The position numbers and the translations under genes are program-made. DNA of 64,000 bases. Source: an uncultured Oscillospiraceae bacterium (GTDB lineage: Bacteria; Bacillota; Clostridia; Oscillospirales; Oscillospiraceae). Positions 18,640 through 27,488 of this stretch are shown here, piece after piece (position 1 is the stretch's first letter; every line of letters starts with the position of its first letter). The notes below the pieces were generated by a model that saw only the letters and a list, made by a program, of their open reading frames with translations, searched no databases and had not been told where the DNA came from. The stretch is from assembly GCA_900764755.1 (NCBI GenBank), contig CAAFPE010000046.1, positions 30,964 to 94,963 of the forward strand, read 5' to 3'.

Positions 18640-19554
18640 TCACTTGGCTTGGTCATGGCGGGGATTTTCCAGGACCTCTTTGCAGGCGTGCAGGATCTGA
18701 GCTGTGATAGTGGCGTTGAATCGGCTCTCATACATGGCGAGCCGAGGACGAATGTTGTTTTTTGGCATAACAACGTACTTGGGAGGCAGATGATTCAGAG
18801 CCAGGGCAATGACGTCTTTCCGACATTGTTCGCAGGGGCAGAGCCCAAAAAGCGAAATGTATTTTGCTGCCATCTCCTCCACCAGCAGTTCCATGATGTT
18901 TACGATTACTACCATATCGCCGGTATTGGCAGGCCTCCCTGCGTTGGAAGGTTCATCTGTACTGCTGTGAGAATTTTCTGACGCATGGGTCTGGATCTTA
19001 GGATCTTCGTCCTGTGATACGCCAACTGGTTCACGTTCAACGCCGGACAGAGGCACTGTATCAGCAGGAATGACTGGGTCGAGAGGGACATCTTCCCTTG
19101 ATATTTCCACAGGCTGGGGCGGCATCTCCTCTGGAGATGTGAGCTTGATTGACGGCTCCACATCGGGCTGATCGGATGGCTCGGTCTCTGCGGCGGCTTC
19201 GGCAGTCTCTTCCAACTGGGTTGACGAGGAGGACGGAAGTTCATCCTCTGAGGAGGCCTCAGGCGGTGTGAGAGCCGGTTCATTTTCAAAAAGCCCCTCA
19301 TGGTTCTCCAGGGCCTCCTCCTGCATAAGACTTGCTTCCAGCGCGTCCTTGATCTTGGAGGCTACGGCAAGGTCACTCTGCATGGAGGCGATGATAGGTG
19401 GTGTCGGTACAGGCATCTGAGGAGGCGGAACCTGAGAAGCTGCCGGCGCTTCACTGAGAGTTTGGGTGGAGATGGAGGTTCCACCGCGGCTTCTGCTGAG
19501 CAGATTCATGACGTGGGCAGTCTTGCTGGTGTTGGATTTCTTAGCTGACGACAT
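18640..19554 (-). CDS. ComFB-domain protein with a ~210-aa acidic Pro/Glu/Ser-rich disordered N-terminal region
   Basis: The C-terminal ~90 aa (NIMELLVEEMAAKYISLFGLCPCEQCRKDVIALALNHLPPKYVV...NPRH) matches the ComFB family Cys pattern C-x-C-x2-C...LALN.LPP.YV. The N-terminus is low-complexity and acidic. Confidence 0.55.
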   Translation of the reverse strand: MSSAKKSNTSKTAHVMNLLSRSRGGTSISTQTLSEAPAASQVPPPQMPVPTPPIIASMQSDLAVASKIKDALEASLMQEEALENHEGLFENEPALTPPEASSEDELPSSSSTQLEETAEAAAETEPSDQPDVEPSIKLTSPEEMPPQPVEISREDVPLDPVIPADTVPLSGVEREPVGVSQDEDPKIQTHASENSHSSTDEPSNAGRPANTGDMVVIVNIMELLVEEMAAKYISLFGLCPCEQCRKDVIALALNHLPPKYVVMPKNNIRPRLAMYESRFNATITAQILHACKEVLENPRHDQAK

Positions 19555-19590
19555 ATCAAAACTCCTTGTATGCGAAAGAACTGGAAGCGG

Positions 19591-20370
19591 TTAGCAGCTC
19601 GTCGAGGACGGGAAACGGGGGCCGGCGATGATGTCGACGACCTCTCTCAGGTCAGCGGCGGGTTTCGATGACGGTTTGTATGTCAATACGCTTTGACCGT
19701 GCGCGGGTGCCGTCGCAACGTGTACGCTCCGGCGTATTTTGGCCGAGAGCACGCGACTGTCCAGCTGGGCGGCAATTTCCTCCGCCATCTCCACGACCTC
19801 CCGGGACAGGGTGAGCCGGGCGTTGAATTTGTTGAACAGAAGGCCGATTACTTTTAAGTCTGGGTTGAAGGAGGCGCGGACCGCTTCGACGGTATCCTGA
19901 ATCTGAGAGATGCCAACCAGGCTGAGGATCTCCGCTTCCATGGGGATGATCAAGCCCGTGGAGGCGACGTATGCGTTGATGGTCAGAAGATTCAGTGCAG
20001 GAGGCGTGTCGATGATAAAAAAGTCATAATCAGGTTTCAGCGTACTGATCAGCTGATGAAGCATAAATTCACGACGGGGTGCGGTAAACTCAGCTTCTGC
20101 CGCGGAGAGCATGATGTCGGAAGAGAGCACGTCTCCATATTCTGTATGTGCAATGGCCTCATAGGGGCTTTTCGTGCCCTTTAAGACATCATAAATGGTA
20201 TAGCTGCCGCCGATGTCCAGACCAAGTGAAAAAGCCAGGTTTCCCTGTGGATCCAGATCAATGCCCAGCACCCGCGCACCGCGCTGGCGAAGGCCGCAGA
20301 CCAGGGCGGAGGCGACGGTGGTTTTTCCCACGCCGCCCTTTTGATTTGTAACGGTTATGACCTCTGACAA
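19591..20370 (-). CDS. ParA/Soj-family P-loop ATPase
   Basis: Deviant Walker A (TNQKGGVGKTT), and the GIDLDPQGN and FFIIDTPP motifs. Immediately upstream of, and co-oriented with, the ComFB-domain gene. Confidence 0.8.
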   Translation of the reverse strand: MSEVITVTNQKGGVGKTTVASALVCGLRQRGARVLGIDLDPQGNLAFSLGLDIGGSYTIYDVLKGTKSPYEAIAHTEYGDVLSSDIMLSAAEAEFTAPRREFMLHQLISTLKPDYDFFIIDTPPALNLLTINAYVASTGLIIPMEAEILSLVGISQIQDTVEAVRASFNPDLKVIGLLFNKFNARLTLSREVVEMAEEIAAQLDSRVLSAKIRRSVHVATAPAHGQSVLTYKPSSKPAADLREVVDIIAGPRFPSSTSC

Positions 20371-20523
20371 GGTTGATCCCTCCTGGAAGAAAAACTATGA
20401 ATTTTGCTCTTATTTTTATTGTACTATATGTCGATAGAAAAGCATAGAGGGAATAAGCATTTTTTTGAAAAGATAATCATAAGCAAGCAAAAAAATCAGC
20501 TTGTGCGAAAGGAGTAAATCACT

Positions 20524-22947
20524 ATGGCTTCTATCAATGGAGTAGGCAGCAGCAACATGAGAAGCATTTATGGGAACCGAAATGTGATTAGCGGCCTGGC
20601 CAGCGGCATGGATACGGAATCCATGATCGAAAATGCTGTTTCTGGCTATAAAATGAAGATTACCAGCCTTCAGCAAAAGCAGACAAAGGTGACCTGGCAG
20701 CAGCAGGCGCTGAGAAGCATCATTGACAAGCTGGCTGATTTCTCACAGAAATACACCTCCTATGCCTCCAGTACAAACCTGCTGAGTTCCAGTTTTTTCA
20801 ACAACTCACTCAAGATCTCAGCCCAAGGGACTTATGCGGACAAGGTCTCTGCCACCGGAAAGACCAGCAGCACAGTCCAGATCCTCGGCGTGAAGCAGCT
20901 GGCGTCTGCGGCCACCCATAATATACCTGCAAACTGGGCGGATGGGAGCATCGACCTGTCTGCGCTGACCTCGGAGCAGATGAAAGAGACGACAACGATC
21001 AGCAATCTGACCGGCAGTCTGACCATCGCCAATGGCAACAGCGATTCTGTCACCATCGATCTGACAGAAGAGGATATGGCCGGCGTGGATACGATGGAGA
21101 AGCTTGCGGCTAAGATCAACGAAAAGCTGGAGGAGGCTGGCTATAAGGAAAAAGGCGAAAACAAAGGAAAGATCTGGGTGGAGTGTACGGGTGACACCAT
21201 CAATCTCAAGGGCAACAACGCCACCTACATCAAATCAGCCAGCGGCAAGATCCGGGATACGCTGGGGATCCAGCCCGGAGAGAAGGCCGAGACTCTGAGC
21301 AAGTCCGCCGGCAAGGATCTGAGCACCGAGATCACCAGGGCGGAGCAGCTGGATGGCAAGGAGATCAGTGTGACCCTGGACGGTGTGACAAAGAAGTTCA
21401 CTCTGAAAACTCTGGACGATCAGAATCAACCGCTGGACCATCAAAAAGTAATGGAGAAGCTTGGGGAGGACTTACAGACTGCGTTTGGGAAAAACAAAGT
21501 GACCCTGCAACAGAATGGGGATGTCTGGGAACTGAAGGCCGCCGAAGGCGGGTCCACCCTGAGCGTATCCAGTTCTGTCGGCAAGCTGCTTGGCCTGGAG
21601 AGCAACCATGAGACCAGCTACATGAACATGAACAAAACGCTGGGCGATCTTATTGGGGAAGATACGCTGAAAAACAAAGACTATTGGATCAAGGCGGAAG
21701 GCAAAGTTACTGAGAAGGACGGTAAGTATCTGGACGAGAAGGGCAACCTGGTCAAGAAAGCCGATGATGGCACTTACTACCGAGTGGACGACAAGGGCGA
21801 ATACCTGTGCGACTTCAAAGTAAATGGAGAATCTGTCGGGACCTTCACCAAGGACAGCACGCTGGAGAGCGTGATGAGCGCCATCAATAAGAGCACCAAG
21901 GCGGGGGTAGACGTCACCTATTCCAAGATCACCAACGAGTTCCAGTTCACCTCCCGGGAGACCGGCTCTCAGGCTAAGATCGAGTTGGATGGACTGGCCG
22001 CCAAACTATTTGGCAAAGTGGAGACACAGGGCAAGGACGCTGTGTTCTCCATGGCTGTCAATGGGAAGGTATTTGACGGCATCAGCCGGAGCGGGAACAC
22101 CTTTGATGTGGACGGCCTTCAGGTCTCCTTGAAGGGGACTTTCGGCACCTATGGCGATGATAACGAACTCGATGTTATGAAGGATAAGGGCACTCCTGAA
22201 GAGAAAATTGCGGCTGTAGGTAAGGACGCCGTTTCCTTTACCTCTGCCGCCGACTCGGATAAGATCGTGGACGCCCTCAAGAAATTCGCCGAGGATTACA
22301 ACGCCATGGTGAAGGAGATCAAGGACGCCTATTCCACCCTGCCGCTCCAGAAGTCCAACGGATCGTCCTATGAGCCGCTGACCAGCGATGATCTGGAGGG
22401 TATGTCCGAGACAGAGATCAAAAACTATGAGGAAAAGGCAAAGCAGGGCCTTCTCTTTGGCGACCGGGATCTGTCCAATCTGTATAACCAGCTGACCAGT
22501 TCTATCACGTCCAACACCGATCTGAAAAAAATCGGGATCGAAGTGTCGTACAGCAACGGCATGAGCACCCTGACGGTGAATGAGGAAAAGCTGCGCGCCG
22601 CTCTGGACAGTGATCCGGAGCAGGTCCAGGAAGTCTTTAATTCTGCCACAGGGAATGGAAAGACGATGATGGAGTCCATGAAGTCCACGCTGGACCGGTA
22701 TGGCAGTGTGATGGGCAAGAAGGGGATCCTGGTGGATCGGGCCGGCTCTACCAAGGCCTCCAGCACGCTGCTCACCAATACCATGCAAAAGACGATTGAC
22801 AACTATGAATCGCAGATCCAAAAGTGGAAGGATAAGATGACCGACCAGGTGGATCGCTATACCAGACAGTTTTCCCAGCTGGAGCAGCTGATCGCGCAGA
22901 TGAACGCCCAGAGCTCGTCGCTCAGTGGACTGATGGGTGGATTTTGA
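20524..22947 (+). CDS. fliD: flagellar filament capping protein FliD (hook-associated protein 2), long 807-aa form
   Basis: N-terminal SGLASGMDTESMI motif and C-terminal FliD_C (RYTRQFSQLEQLIAQMNAQSSSL). Extended central domain. Confidence 0.85.
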   Translation: MASINGVGSSNMRSIYGNRNVISGLASGMDTESMIENAVSGYKMKITSLQQKQTKVTWQQQALRSIIDKLADFSQKYTSYASSTNLLSSSFFNNSLKISAQGTYADKVSATGKTSSTVQILGVKQLASAATHNIPANWADGSIDLSALTSEQMKETTTISNLTGSLTIANGNSDSVTIDLTEEDMAGVDTMEKLAAKINEKLEEAGYKEKGENKGKIWVECTGDTINLKGNNATYIKSASGKIRDTLGIQPGEKAETLSKSAGKDLSTEITRAEQLDGKEISVTLDGVTKKFTLKTLDDQNQPLDHQKVMEKLGEDLQTAFGKNKVTLQQNGDVWELKAAEGGSTLSVSSSVGKLLGLESNHETSYMNMNKTLGDLIGEDTLKNKDYWIKAEGKVTEKDGKYLDEKGNLVKKADDGTYYRVDDKGEYLCDFKVNGESVGTFTKDSTLESVMSAINKSTKAGVDVTYSKITNEFQFTSRETGSQAKIELDGLAAKLFGKVETQGKDAVFSMAVNGKVFDGISRSGNTFDVDGLQVSLKGTFGTYGDDNELDVMKDKGTPEEKIAAVGKDAVSFTSAADSDKIVDALKKFAEDYNAMVKEIKDAYSTLPLQKSNGSSYEPLTSDDLEGMSETEIKNYEEKAKQGLLFGDRDLSNLYNQLTSSITSNTDLKKIGIEVSYSNGMSTLTVNEEKLRAALDSDPEQVQEVFNSATGNGKTMMESMKSTLDRYGSVMGKKGILVDRAGSTKASSTLLTNTMQKTIDNYESQIQKWKDKMTDQVDRYTRQFSQLEQLIAQMNAQSSSLSGLMGGF

Positions 22948-22968
22948 GGGAAGTGGTGACTGTCAGCC

Positions 22969-23346
22969 ATGGATATGAAAGGGTACCAAAAGTACAAAAT
23001 CCAGAGCATCAATACCATGACGAAGGGAGAACTCCTTCTGCTTCTGTATGACGAACTGGTCAAGAGGCTGACACAGGCTGAACTTGCTTTGGAACAGAAG
23101 GAGTTTGAGCCTTATGAAGCGTCCGTGCAGCGTGGAATTGAGATCATCACGTATTTGGATGACACCCTGGATCAGAAGTATGATGTCAGCCACAGCCTGA
23201 CAAAACTCTACGATCATTTCACCTATGAACTGGGCCGGGCGAAGATCGGTCGGAATCCGGAGCCGCTGACCCGAGTCAAAGGGATGGTGTGCGAGCTGCG
23301 GGACGCATTTCGTCAGGCTCAGAAAACTGGAGACTCAGGCAGGTAG
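22969..23346 (+). CDS. fliS: flagellar export chaperone FliS
   Basis: N-terminal KIQSINTMTKGELLLLLYD motif, 125 aa. Confidence 0.85.
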   Translation: MDMKGYQKYKIQSINTMTKGELLLLLYDELVKRLTQAELALEQKEFEPYEASVQRGIEIITYLDDTLDQKYDVSHSLTKLYDHFTYELGRAKIGRNPEPLTRVKGMVCELRDAFRQAQKTGDSGR

Positions 23347-23352
23347 CAGACA

Positions 23353-23742
23353 ATGGATGAAACAGTTATTCGGACTTCACTGGTTTTGGAGAAGCGGATG
23401 TATGCCCTTTTGGTTGAAGGGCTGGATCTGACCAGACAGCTGGCCGATGCGGTGGATCGGGGCGATCCGGTGGCGATGCGGCTGGTGTTGAGTATGCGTG
23501 CGGAGCCCGTCGAAAAGCTGCGCAGTGTGAGACAGCTTCTGGAGGAGCAGAAAAACGCTCTTCCGGCAGAGGATTCCGTCCGGCTGGCTGCCCTCCTCAA
23601 CGGAGAGGCAGCTCAGCGGGCGGAGGAAGGCCCGCTTGCTGAGCAGGTGGCGGCCAACCGTCGGCTGCTGACACAGCTCTTTGAGATGGATAAGGTGGTC
23701 AGCCTCAAATTGGGGAAAGACGAATCATACTATCAAAAATGA
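23353..23742 (+). CDS. hypothetical helical protein downstream of fliS (possible FliT-like chaperone)
   Basis: 129 aa, predicted all-helical and acidic. The position after fliS matches fliT in Bacillus. No diagnostic motif. Confidence 0.35.
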   Translation: MDETVIRTSLVLEKRMYALLVEGLDLTRQLADAVDRGDPVAMRLVLSMRAEPVEKLRSVRQLLEEQKNALPAEDSVRLAALLNGEAAQRAEEGPLAEQVAANRRLLTQLFEMDKVVSLKLGKDESYYQK

Positions 23743-23743
23743 A

Positions 23744-23777
23744 CCGGACAACAGCCTGGTATCGGGCTGTTGTCCGG
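23744..23777. terminator. stem-loop between the convergent fliT-like and peptidase genes
   Basis: CCGGACAACAGCC-(8)-GGCTGTTGTCCGG forms a 13-bp stem. The U-tract is weak. Confidence 0.45.
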
Positions 23778-23798
23778 GAGTCCGGCTCTATGTGCAGT

Positions 23799-24656
23799 TT
23801 AAGCTTCAGGATGAGAAATGGCCCATAGAGGAGCGCCGTTGCTGGTGCTTGCAGATAGTTCGTCCAGAATCAACTGCGGGTCCCATTCCATAAGGCTGTG
23901 CTCTGTGCTGTTGGGGTCTGCCACCAGGAGCGTGCCGGAGAGGGTGACGCCGCGGAGCAAAATAAAATGACCTGTCGAAGTGAAGTGTCCCGGACCCATC
24001 AATGCTACCACCAGTTTTCCAGAGAGCAGGGCTTCCTGAAGGGAGTCCGGAGTTTGATTTTTGAGTGGGATGGCGGTCAGACCATAAGCGGCGGAAATAT
24101 CCTCCACAATGGAAAGATGTGATCCGCTTTTTGGGGCCCAGTGGCCGTCTTGATAAGCGCGTTCCGCCATCTGTGCCGGGTCGATGTCATGTGCGGTCAG
24201 ACTTGTGACCACCATCGACATGGCGGTTGGTCCACAGCCATATCGGCCGATGTCATCGGTGCCATAGGGCTGGCTTGCCCAGGGGGCCTCTGACTGGTTA
24301 TAATAAGTGATCTCCGTGATGCCGCCGGTGAGAATGCTGTGTCCATCTGCGGGCTTCAGTTCTGTAAGCGCGGGGTCAGACAACGGCGTGTCTGTGCGTA
24401 TGGACGGGGCGTCGGCAATTTGAATATCCATCTCTGTGCCACCATCGTTTTTCTCGGCAAGCCCTGACCACCAGGATGAGATGCTGTCCGCCGCCTGCTC
24501 CCCGATTTCAGCAGCTGAGTGGATGCATTGGCGAACAGGTGCGGTGATCTGCTGGTAGACGGGAGGGGCAAAAAAATAACAGGCAAAGAGTTCGGCCCCG
24601 CCGATACAGAGTGCGGCAAGCAGCAACAGCTGCAAGATAGGTTTCTTTCGTTTCAC
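23799..24656 (-). CDS. secreted or membrane-anchored papain-like cysteine peptidase (Peptidase_C39-like / YvpB-like)
   Basis: GTG start at 24656 after an AGAGGTG RBS. N-terminus KRKKPILQLLLLAALCIG is signal- or anchor-like. Catalytic-Cys motif YGCGPTAMSMV and a downstream His (GHFILLRG). The longer ORF in the track, reaching 25391, overlaps the FtsE-like gene and is rejected. Confidence 0.6.
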   Translation of the reverse strand: MKRKKPILQLLLLAALCIGGAELFACYFFAPPVYQQITAPVRQCIHSAAEIGEQAADSISSWWSGLAEKNDGGTEMDIQIADAPSIRTDTPLSDPALTELKPADGHSILTGGITEITYYNQSEAPWASQPYGTDDIGRYGCGPTAMSMVVTSLTAHDIDPAQMAERAYQDGHWAPKSGSHLSIVEDISAAYGLTAIPLKNQTPDSLQEALLSGKLVVALMGPGHFTSTGHFILLRGVTLSGTLLVADPNSTEHSLMEWDPQLILDELSASTSNGAPLWAISHPEA

Positions 24657-24764
24657 TGGTTCACACCTCTGTCCTCTGATCTGTCGATCACATATCATTA
24701 TATCAAGACTGCATCGGATTTCAAGAGGCGTGCGCAGGCATATCAACAGACAGGAGCGCCAATT

Positions 24765-25493
24765 ATGCCCACAATCACGTTGGAAAACGCAGCCAAATAT
24801 TATAAGCAGGACAAAAACAGCGGGAGAGGGAAGCGAACAGAAATCGGGGTGATCGACGTTACCCTGACGGTTGAGCAGGGGGAATTTGTTTTTGTTACCG
24901 GGAGCAGCGGAGCGGGAAAAAGCACACTGCTCAAGCTGATCACTGGGGAGTTGAAAGCAGATCGCGGCACGGTATTTCTGGGTGGAAAGGATTTGACGAA
25001 GCTCCTGCGCTGGAGCGGAAATCGAGTCAAAGGGATGTTCGGAATTGTGACGCAAACGGGCTCTCTTGGCAGAAAGCTGACCGTGGAGGAGAATCTGATG
25101 CTGGCCGCGAGAATTGGTCGAGGCCGATTTGAGACCACGAAGCAAGTGAACGCACGCATAGAAAAGGTACTGGGTCTTGTCGGTATGAGGGGGGTAGAAA
25201 AGCACCATCCTGTGGAGTTGTCGATTGGAGAGTGTCGGCGTGTGGAATTGGCGCGAGCGCTGATCAACAGCCCGCCTGTTCTGGTGCTGGATGAGATCAC
25301 AGCAGGTTTGGATGACGATAATATCTGGGACATCTTTCATCTGCTCACTGAGGTCAACCGAAGGGGCAGCACTGTGATCATGGCGACTCATGCCGGTGCC
25401 TATGTCAATATCATGCGCAAAAGGGTCATAACGCTTGTGGATGGACGTATTTTAGGTGATGTACAAAGAGGAAGATACGGGGACGTAATGTAG
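24765..25493 (+). CDS. FtsE-like ABC-type ATPase with a degenerate signature motif, and no adjacent ftsX
   Basis: Walker A (GSSGAGKST) and Walker B (VLVLDEI) are present. Collinear with B. subtilis FtsE through the C-terminus (MATH...VDGRILGD). The ABC signature LSGGQ is replaced by LSIGE(CRR). AGGAG RBS before the ATG at 24765. Confidence 0.75.
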   Translation: MPTITLENAAKYYKQDKNSGRGKRTEIGVIDVTLTVEQGEFVFVTGSSGAGKSTLLKLITGELKADRGTVFLGGKDLTKLLRWSGNRVKGMFGIVTQTGSLGRKLTVEENLMLAARIGRGRFETTKQVNARIEKVLGLVGMRGVEKHHPVELSIGECRRVELARALINSPPVLVLDEITAGLDDDNIWDIFHLLTEVNRRGSTVIMATHAGAYVNIMRKRVITLVDGRILGDVQRGRYGDVM

Positions 25494-25552
25494 CACAGTC
25501 AGCATTTCGCAACCGATCGTATATTAAAGGAATAAAAAAGGAAGTGGGATCC

Positions 25553-27340
25553 ATGCTTGAAAACATGAAGATCAAGAAGAGCCTTATTCTGGGGTTCGCA
25601 GTTACCATTGTTGCCGCTTTGGCGCTGATCATCGGTTCTTTGACGATGATGAATGTACAGCGCAAATCCTATCAGGAGATCCTTGACAGCTATGTCCGTG
25701 CAAACGAATTGGTTGCGACTTGCCGGGTGAGTTCCAACATTGCGGCGCGGAATGTGCGGGATATGGCTTTGCGTCCGGAGGATCGCGGCAATGCGGAGCT
25801 TCAAAACCGGTCCAATGAGGTTTTGGAAGATTTGGACGCTACACTTGTTGAACTGAGTGATGTCTATCCTCTCTCTGATCGTCAAATGCTGAACGAATAT
25901 ACGGATGCGGTACATGACTGGATCGGGGCGATCCCGGAGATTTTTACCGCCATCAATGCCGGACGTGGGGAGGATGCGGTCCGCCTGCTTAAAAATGAGT
26001 GTACCCCACGTCTGAATGCTATGGCCTCCATGGCCATTCAAATCGACGATGCGCTGACTGAAGCACAAAATAATGCGATCGAGCAGCAGAGCCGCAACAG
26101 TGTGATGATGGTCATTGTGTTCATCGTGGTTATGGTCATTGCGACCATCGTTGTGGTCGTGATTGCGGGGAAGCTGATCCGCAGCATTGTGGTGCCGACG
26201 GAAGAGGTGCGGAATGCGCTGATGGGCTTCAGTGAGGGCAATTTTGATATTGAGGTCGAGTTTGAAAGCGAAAATGAGCTTGGCGATATGTGTGAGGCAC
26301 TGAGAACCAGCCAGAGAGTCCTGCGGGCACTGGTGGATGACGAGTGTTATCTGCTGGAGGAGATGGCCCGGGGCAATTTTGATATTAAGAGTAAAGATAG
26401 GAATATTTATGTGGGTTCTCTGAAGTCTGTCCTCCAGTCGATCAGAACGATCAACAGCAACCTCAGCGATACGCTGGCCCAGATCGACCTGAGCGCAGAG
26501 CAGGTGGCGGCTGGATCTGAGCAGGTTTCTACCGGAGCACAGGCACTTGCTCAGGGTGCGACAGAGCAGGCCAGCGCGGTGGAAGAATTGTCCGCGACGA
26601 TTTCTGAGATTTCCAGCAATGCAAGAAAGAATGCGGAAAACAGCCAGAGTGCGATGGAGTATTCCAAGGCTGCGGGTGACCGTGTAGATGAGAGCGCCAG
26701 GTACATGGAGGAAATGGTCAGTGCGATGCAGGATATTTCCGAGGCATCTCAGGAGATCGGAAAGATTATTTCCACGATTGAGAATATTGCATTCCAGACC
26801 AATATCCTTGCACTGAATGCGGCTGTGGAAGCAGCGCGAGCCGGGAGTGCAGGTAAGGGCTTTGCGGTGGTTGCAGATGAGGTTCGCAACCTTGCCACCA
26901 AGTCTGATGAGGCCGCAAAGGCAACAAAGGAATTGATCGACCGCTCTATCGCATCGGTACAAAATGGAAATCATATTGTCAAACAGGTGTCGGAGTCTCT
27001 TGGACGGACCGTGGAGGCTGCAGAGCATACTCTGGAGCTGATCCAGGCGATCTCCAGCGCCGCAGGAGAGGAAGCCGAGGCAATCGCTCAGGTCACCGAG
27101 GGTATCGATCAGATTTCTGCTGTTGTCCAGACTAACTCTGCAACCAGTGAGGAATCTGCCGCTGCCAGCGAAGAACTGTCCAGCCAGGCTGCTCTCATGA
27201 AAGAACTGATGGCCAAATTTAAGCTGCGGACTATGGATGACCACTACTCGGCCGGGAATCCTGCCGCGGGGGCAAATCGAGGGACTCCGGGGGAAGCTGG
27301 GGACACTTCCGGTTTTGCGTCTGCGTTCAGTAAGTATTGA
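25553..27340 (+). CDS. methyl-accepting chemotaxis protein (4HB-type sensor, HAMP, MA domain)
   Basis: N-terminal TM helix, periplasmic helical sensor, second TM helix, HAMP, and a highly conserved MCP signalling hairpin ([37 protein letters not shown]). Confidence 0.9.
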   Translation: MLENMKIKKSLILGFAVTIVAALALIIGSLTMMNVQRKSYQEILDSYVRANELVATCRVSSNIAARNVRDMALRPEDRGNAELQNRSNEVLEDLDATLVELSDVYPLSDRQMLNEYTDAVHDWIGAIPEIFTAINAGRGEDAVRLLKNECTPRLNAMASMAIQIDDALTEAQNNAIEQQSRNSVMMVIVFIVVMVIATIVVVVIAGKLIRSIVVPTEEVRNALMGFSEGNFDIEVEFESENELGDMCEALRTSQRVLRALVDDECYLLEEMARGNFDIKSKDRNIYVGSLKSVLQSIRTINSNLSDTLAQIDLSAEQVAAGSEQVSTGAQALAQGATEQASAVEELSATISEISSNARKNAENSQSAMEYSKAAGDRVDESARYMEEMVSAMQDISEASQEIGKIISTIENIAFQTNILALNAAVEAARAGSAGKGFAVVADEVRNLATKSDEAAKATKELIDRSIASVQNGNHIVKQVSESLGRTVEAAEHTLELIQAISSAAGEEAEAIAQVTEGIDQISAVVQTNSATSEESAAASEELSSQAALMKELMAKFKLRTMDDHYSAGNPAAGANRGTPGEAGDTSGFASAFSKY

Positions 27341-27395
27341 GGAAAAGTGAACACTATTGTACCCTAAGCTTCTGAATGTGTTCATGGTGACGGCT

Positions 27396-27428
27396 GCCGG
27401 AGAGTGGAAAAAATGACCGCTCTCCGGC
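27396..27428 (+). terminator. stem-loop downstream of the MCP gene
   Basis: GCCGGAGAG-(15)-CTCTCCGGC forms a 9-10 bp stem. The trailing U-tract is weak. Confidence 0.35.
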
Positions 27429-27488
27429 ATTGCCCTTTCTGCAGAACAGGCAGTAGATAGACAAAGATAGAAAGGAGGAATACAGAAC

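Noticed and set aside
24657-25391. N-terminal extension of the peptidase ORF (23799..25391) overlapping the FtsE-like gene
   Set aside because: The extension is antisense to a conserved ABC ATPase. A GTG start at 24656 with an AGAGGTG RBS precedes a signal-peptide-like segment, giving a sensible 285-aa secreted peptidase.
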